Shown one piece after another: positions 57,848 through 64,000 of a DNA stretch of 64,000 nt. A model generated the notes under the pieces. The model saw only the letters and a list, made by a program, of their open reading frames with translations, made no database searches and was not told the DNA's origin. A program made the translations under genes and the position numbers. This DNA is from Tubulanus polymorphus (Eukaryota; Animalia; Nemertea), in NCBI RefSeq assembly GCF_964204645.1, contig NC_134032.1, positions 16,425,337-16,489,336 on the forward strand, given 5' to 3'. Within the stretch, counting starts at the first letter, position 1, and the number at the start of each line of letters is the position of its first letter.

Positions 57848-58206
57848 GTGTTTCATGTTGTTTAAGCGTGATGTTTCATGTTGTTTAAGCGTGATGTTTC
57901 ATGTTGTTTAAGCGTGATGTTTCATGTTGTTTAAGCGTGATGTTTCATGTTGTTTAAGCGTGATGTTTCATGTATTTTAAGCGTGATGTTTCATGTTGTT
58001 TAAGCGTGATGTTTCATGTATTTTAAGCGTGATGTTTCATGTTGTTTAAGCGTGATGTTTCATGTTGTTTATCCCGCGGTGTTTCATGTTGTTTATCCCG
58101 CGGTGTTTCATGTTGTTTATCCCGCGGTATTTCATGTTGTTTATCCCGCGGTGTTTCATGTTGTTTAACCGCGGTGTTTCATGTTGTTTAACCGTGATGT
58201 TTCATT
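57848..58206. repeat. 23/24-bp minisatellite derived from the last laccase codons and stop
   Basis: Sense unit ATGAAACATCACGCTTAAACAAC; the first unit encodes MKHHG-stop. Confidence 0.9.
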
Positions 58207-61200
58207 CGAGCCGCTTTACGAGTGAAGAACGGTGTATAACGACCACATGTCGGGAATGAACTGGGAACATCCCATTCCTCCTGCCCTTCTAACACAACCA
58301 TAGCCATCCCGTCAGCGAGGTGCTCCTCGATGTGACAATGCAGGAACCAAACTCCCGGATTGTCGGCCTTGAAACGAATTACAGCATATCCTCCCTTGGG
58401 AATAAAAATCGTATCCTTCTGAGGCGGGTTATTCAGATTCAAACCCGGGATGTTATCTCCTCCCCACGACGAATTCGCCCACTTGCCCTTATTACAGAAA
58501 TCACCGTCACAGGCAATATCCGGATTCTGGCGGATGTTTTTACCCTTGCTATCCAGAACTGGAAGACCGTATTTCAACACGCTGAAGTGATGGCCGTGTA
58601 GATGTATAGGGTGTTTACCCTTACCCTTACCCATACTCATAAACACCATTTGTATAGTCGAATCTTTGCGGATGTGTAAGTGATGTGTGCACGAACACAA
58701 CTGTTGACTGCCACATTTCATCGGGTCACAGTCGGTCAATCCTGAGTTTGGATTTGTCAAAAGCGACGTCTTGGGGAAAACGAATTTGATACCATTGATC
58801 GAGTGTGGTCCCTCTTTGTTACCGTAACCGGGTTTGCCGAAATTCAGGAAGATATCGTCGGGTGAATCCGGTGTTAAAGCGGGTGCTGCTACTGGCGGGT
58901 AGGAGAGAATTTTATCGAAATCTTTACACACGGTGAAAGCTGGAATCGGTTTTTCATAAAGACAGTTCACATACACGCATCGAGTAGTCGCGGAACAGGC
59001 TATGGGCTTACTGGTTTTGGCAACCGGGTCAGAGTCCGGAGCAGTGCGGTACCGTAAAATAGCGTCAACCGACCAGCCGTTCTTATTCATGGCTCTGATC
59101 CAGTAATTAGCTATCGGTTGATCGGTCGTCACGACGATATCGTATCGTTCGCCAGCACTGACGCCAAGAGATGTCGCTTTGAACGGTACGATATCAGCGC
59201 CATCTGACGCAATTACCTCGAACCAGTGTCCGTGGATGTGTAGGATGAACTCTTTATCGGCTTGTCCACCGATAATTCGGAAACGGTAACGTTTGTTCGG
59301 TTCGACGACGTAGGTTTCGAGAGGACCGTCGGTTATGAAGGAGCCGTTCTTTGCCGGTAACCGTCCCTTGCCGTTAATTAAGCCACCTTCGAAATTCTTG
59401 AATTGATCAGTCGTGTTATACCTGCAATATATCATTGATTACGTTCAATTAGAAATATGTATTATTCTGATCAACAGTTGTGCATCTTATGATTTTAAAA
59501 GGAAAGTTTTTGATGAAATAAATAGAATAAATTGAATATAAATTGAATATAAATTGAATATAAATTGAATATATTGAATATATACTTGTCTCCGAGAATT
59601 TCGTTCAATTCGCCTTGACTTTTATACAAGAACCATTCGTTAGCTCCGTATCGACGATTCCAAACTGCCAATAACAGAACGAAATCTCCGTCATAGTGAA
59701 CCGGTGGGTTCTTCTTATGAACGATCAGAGGTCCGAACATACCATCACCCATCTGAAAGCCGACGTGTGCGTGATACCAGTGTGTGCCGTGCGGTGAGGC
59801 GTACACGGGACTAGTAACCACCAGACTAGGAGCTATGGGACACATGTTTATGAATCCGGTACCGTCGAAGTAAGCGGTAGATTTCGAGTGAAGCCCGTGC
59901 CAATGAATCGTCGTAGCGTCGCTGAACATATTGTTATGGACGTTAATGATAAGTTTCTGACCCTCGTAGACGTCTAGACGCGGCCCGGGTAGAGTTCCGT
60001 TTATAACAACAGCTCGACGAGGGACGAAATATGAATCACCGACAATCACCTGAAAAATCAATCGATAATAAACAAACAACCCCCAATAATAAATAGGTTT
60101 GAGAGTTAAAATGGCCGCAGTGGATAACATGGCCGCTGTGGATAACATGGCCGCTGTGGATAACATGGCCGCTGTGGATAACATGGCCGCTGTGGATAAC
60201 ATGGCCGCTGTGGATAACATGGCCGCTGTGGAAAACATGGCCCGCTGTGGATAACATGGCCGCTGTGGATAACATGGCCGCTGTGGATAACATGGCCGCT
60301 GTGGATAACATGGCCGCTGTGGATAACATGGCCGCTGTGGATAACATGGCCGCTGTGGATAACATGGCCGCTGTGGATAACATGGCCGCTGTGGAAAACA
60401 TGGCCCGCTGTGGATAACATGGCCGCTGTGGATAACATGGCCGCTGTGGATAACATGGCCGCTGTGGATAACATGGCCGCTGTGGATAACATGGCCGCTG
60501 TGGATAACGAACTGATTAGAAAAAAGCGAAATATTTTTCTAACCTTGTTTGGATCAACTGGGACGCCTTTCGGGTCGTATAGTTTACCGTTACGCGCCAC
60601 TAGAAGTTGTTGATTATAAACCATTGTTAGCTTCTCCTCGACAACCAGTGTAATCACACAAACCGGATCTTCCGGTTTACACGTGCTAGGGTGTATCGGT
60701 TTGTACTTTTTCGCCGGAGCTGAAATCAGAACAGGTTATTCGTCTATGACGTCATAGGACAGTTGCGACTTGTAAAGAAGATTAGAATGAAAATGTTATA
60801 CCTGGTATCCGGTAGGCGGCGTTCCCAGCGCTCATATCCTCTGCCTGCCAATATGGCGGCTCTGTAAAAAAAAAAAAATAGCAAAATCAAATTACTCGCG
60901 TTTCATAAAAAGAATGTAACACTTGAAGAATTATTATTAAATTCACAAGTAACTGATTCGTCACTGAGTCCTTGAGTCACTGAGTCCTTGATTCACTGAG
61001 TCCTTGATTCACTGAGTCCTTGAGTCACTGAGTCCTTGAATCACTGAGTCCTTGATTCACTGAGTCCTTGATTCACTGAGTCCTTGAATCACTGAGTCCT
61101 TGATTCACTGAGTCCTTGATTCACTGAGTCCTTGAGTCACTGAGTCCTTGAATCACTGAGTCCATGAGTCACTGAGTCCTTGATTCACTGAGTCCTTGAA

Positions 61201-62486
61201 TCACTGAGTCCTTGAGTCACTGAGTCCTTGAATCACTGAGTCCTTGAATCACTGAGTCCTTGAATCACTGAGTCCTTGATTCACTGAGACCTTGATTCAC
61301 TGAGTCCTTGAGTCACTGAGTCCTTGAATCACTGAGTCCTTGAATCACTGAGTCCTTGAATCACTGAGTCCTTGAATCACTGAATCACTGAGTGACTGAA
61401 GACTCTAAATTATACTCTATTTCTAAATACAAACATACTTACTACAGTAATCCCAGTTAATATTTCCAGGGAAGAATCCACTGGATGTTGGGCACCAGGT
61501 TTTATCCTTATCTTTCTTTGATTGAACGCACGAAAATCTGATTTCGCCTCCCCAGTAAAACGGGAAATAACACAATTTATCTGTTTCCGTTTCTGCGAAA
61601 ATTAAACAAGAAGAAAATTAAAATAATGATCACAGAATTAGAAACCGTGAACCAGCTCGACACTTACCGGTTTCACTTTTTCTACCAGTCATCCCAGCTA
61701 AAACGAGATTTTACATATCGATTTAAATCAAGTGACATTTATCAGTTTCTAGAAATTTGTCCTGTATTTAAACTATAGTTCACACGCAGTATTTAATCCT
61801 TGTGTGTGAACTATTGTTCGTTGTTCGATCACGTGTTTTTAATTAAAATGAAGTTATTATTGTTTATTATACGTACTACAATAATCCCACGCTGTGCTAT
61901 CATCCGGGTAATCGTCTGAAGTGGCGCACCAATACGCCGTGTCATCTTCACGCGTACACTCATTAGTGTATGTTTCATCTTTATACTTGTATTGTTGCAC
62001 GCAAGTTTTACCTCCACGCGTCCCTGGACACAGATATCAATATTCATCAACTTCATTTACATATGACGTCATTCGCTCGAGATGACCAATAAAACTAATC
62101 GATAGAACATTTCTGACATTTTGAATCGATAATAAGATACTCACTTATGACGTCACCACGAGCTGGAAATACAATCAAAACGAAATTATGAAATTATTCT
62201 TCAAATAGATTTGAAAATTTGAGAAAAATTGAGAAATAAAATTGGAAAATGTATTTGCGTGCACCAAAAACTTATATCTTTAAATATCGAATAATTTCAC
62301 TGTGTGTTGGATGAAAATTGCAGAAATTCAAATGATCTTTTATTAGATTTAAATTATGAAATGTGATATAGTTATTTTAAACGCTTACTTACGATGTTTG
62401 TACAATTTCACCGATCCGGCGTGACCCCATATCACCTCGATCACGTGACAGAGTATGATAACTACAGTCAGCGCATTCACTCGCAT
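58188..62486 (-). CDS. Secreted laccase-type multicopper oxidase with two N-terminal fibronectin type II domains
   Basis: Exons 62486-62393, 62162-62145, 62023-61877, 61697-61668, 61592-61443, 60861-60802, 60719-60544, 60049-59586, 59421-58188. Copper motifs HWHG, WYHAH, HPIHLHGH, HCHIEEHLADGM. Confidence 0.88.
60110..60508. repeat. 18-bp minisatellite (ATAACATGGCCGCTGTGG)n in a laccase intron
   Basis: About 22 copies with an internal higher-order duplication (GAAAACATGGCCC variant occurs twice). Confidence 0.92.
60958..61400. repeat. 16-bp minisatellite (TCACTGAGTCCTTGAD)n in a laccase intron
   Basis: About 27 copies. Confidence 0.92.
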
Positions 62487-64000
62487 TTTGTTGTATCTGA
62501 AATAATGCATCAATCAATTGATTTAAACTGAGCCCAACATATTCACGGCGTGGTGTATCCACGCTTCAGCTACGAATTCCACAATTCAGCTACGAATTCC
62601 ACAATTCAACTACGAATTCCACAGTTCAGCTACGAATTCCACAGTTCAGGACCATCGCCATTCACAGTTAACTCTTAATTCAGTTCTACGAGTTTTGTTT
62701 ATTTACGACCATTTCAAGAGTCAAATCATAATCGAGAACAAACTGTGAACAAGTTTTTACTGACAAGTGTTAAATATCAATCACAATCCGTTAGTTAATG
62801 AATAATATTATTACAATTAAATATTCATTACTGAACATTAAAAACAATTCATAACTAAAAATCCTAAGCGAAATAATGAGTTTGGATTTTTACCAACCTG
62901 AACCTCGATTCAACACGAACAACTAAAAGTAAGAATAATCGAATCATTTATATAGATGAGAGTCACGTGACTGTGGTATCAATGGTAAGATCAGGTGTGA
63001 ACCCTGAGAACTCCACGTGGCCTTGAGCTGTCAAAACGTCGTCGCAAGTAAAGGCATCATTGTGAGATCGAACGCTATTCATAATTCACGAGACGACTAA
63101 TCAATCCCTCGATTATTGAATGCTCAAAAAAGAGAATTGAATGATTTTCGTGCGGGTCTCGTGAAAGTTCAGTTGTCTGGTCTGATTGTCAGAGCAGACA
63201 CAACCTATAGAGCATTCATCGAAAAAAAACTTACCTCAAAGCGTTCAATAGATTGAAAACGTTCACGGGAGGTTTAGCAAATAGACATTGAGTGCCTGGG
63301 GCTCAATTCCTTCCATTTGTTCAAGTTGATTCAAGAATAAATATTTGAATATGCATTTACCATTAAAAAAAAATCGTATGCAAAGGAGAAATGAGTGAAT
63401 TTGATTCCTAATAAACAAATAGTTTTGGTTTTTTCTTACAGCTATAGCCCAACGCACACGTCACCGAAAACATGTTTTTTCCTCGTGAAAAAACGTTTTC
63501 TGAAAAACGTGTTTTCTGTTTCGGCGAAACAATTCTTTTGCCGTGTGCGTTGGGCTTATGACATACTTATGACATACAATAAACTATAGCGGTTTCTAGG
63601 TGTGTGAATTTAAGGAATTAAGGAATCTGGAGGTAACACATAGATTGGAGCTTATAATCCTGTGATTAACATAGTGAACACAATGCGCAGTACTCGAGTA
63701 CCGCGATTTAGGTGCAAGTGTTATTATATAAAAGTACTCCCTTTTTATAACTGTTCAATTCGCACTGTATGCTACCAAATAAAAACCACTTACAGCAACT
63801 AATGGACGATCATAGATAGCAGTAATTTAAAAAAAGAAAATATTCGATAAAAACACGTAATTCAAATAAAGCCTAATAAACGAAAACCGGTTTCTTCAAG
63901 GTCGTTCATTTAAGTCGCGAACGCAAATTCCGAGTAAAGTCTTGTGAAAAAGAAGAAAAGACTCAACTGCATTGATTCCTTTACTCTCTTTATTCGCAGG

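Overview
Gene-dense eukaryotic DNA with spliceosomal introns, most likely from a marine invertebrate (lophotrochozoan-like; inference). Hand-splicing gives 11 protein-coding genes: KICS2 (partial, with a U12 intron), SELENBP1, a METTL24-like methyltransferase, an extended GTSF1, BLOC1S5, USPL1, INO80C, an uncharacterised multi-pass membrane protein, PASK, a divergent ionotropic glutamate receptor, and a secreted laccase. The laccase carries two N-terminal fibronectin type II modules that the ORF track misses. Most long ORFs in the track are artefacts of about 30 locally unique minisatellites. Many arrays are tandem copies of the gene's own exon/intron or stop-codon junctions, giving runs of identical splice sites (36 in-frame acceptors and 6 in-frame donors in PASK). 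Other highlights: an inverted copy of GTSF1 exons inside an intron of the upstream gene, a PYM/eIF2A-like tail on GTSF1, a repeat family combining a tRNA-like segment with TTAGGG repeats, several MITEs, and a candidate long H/ACA RNA. All gene models and family calls were made by eye without database searches, so coordinates may be off by a few bases.
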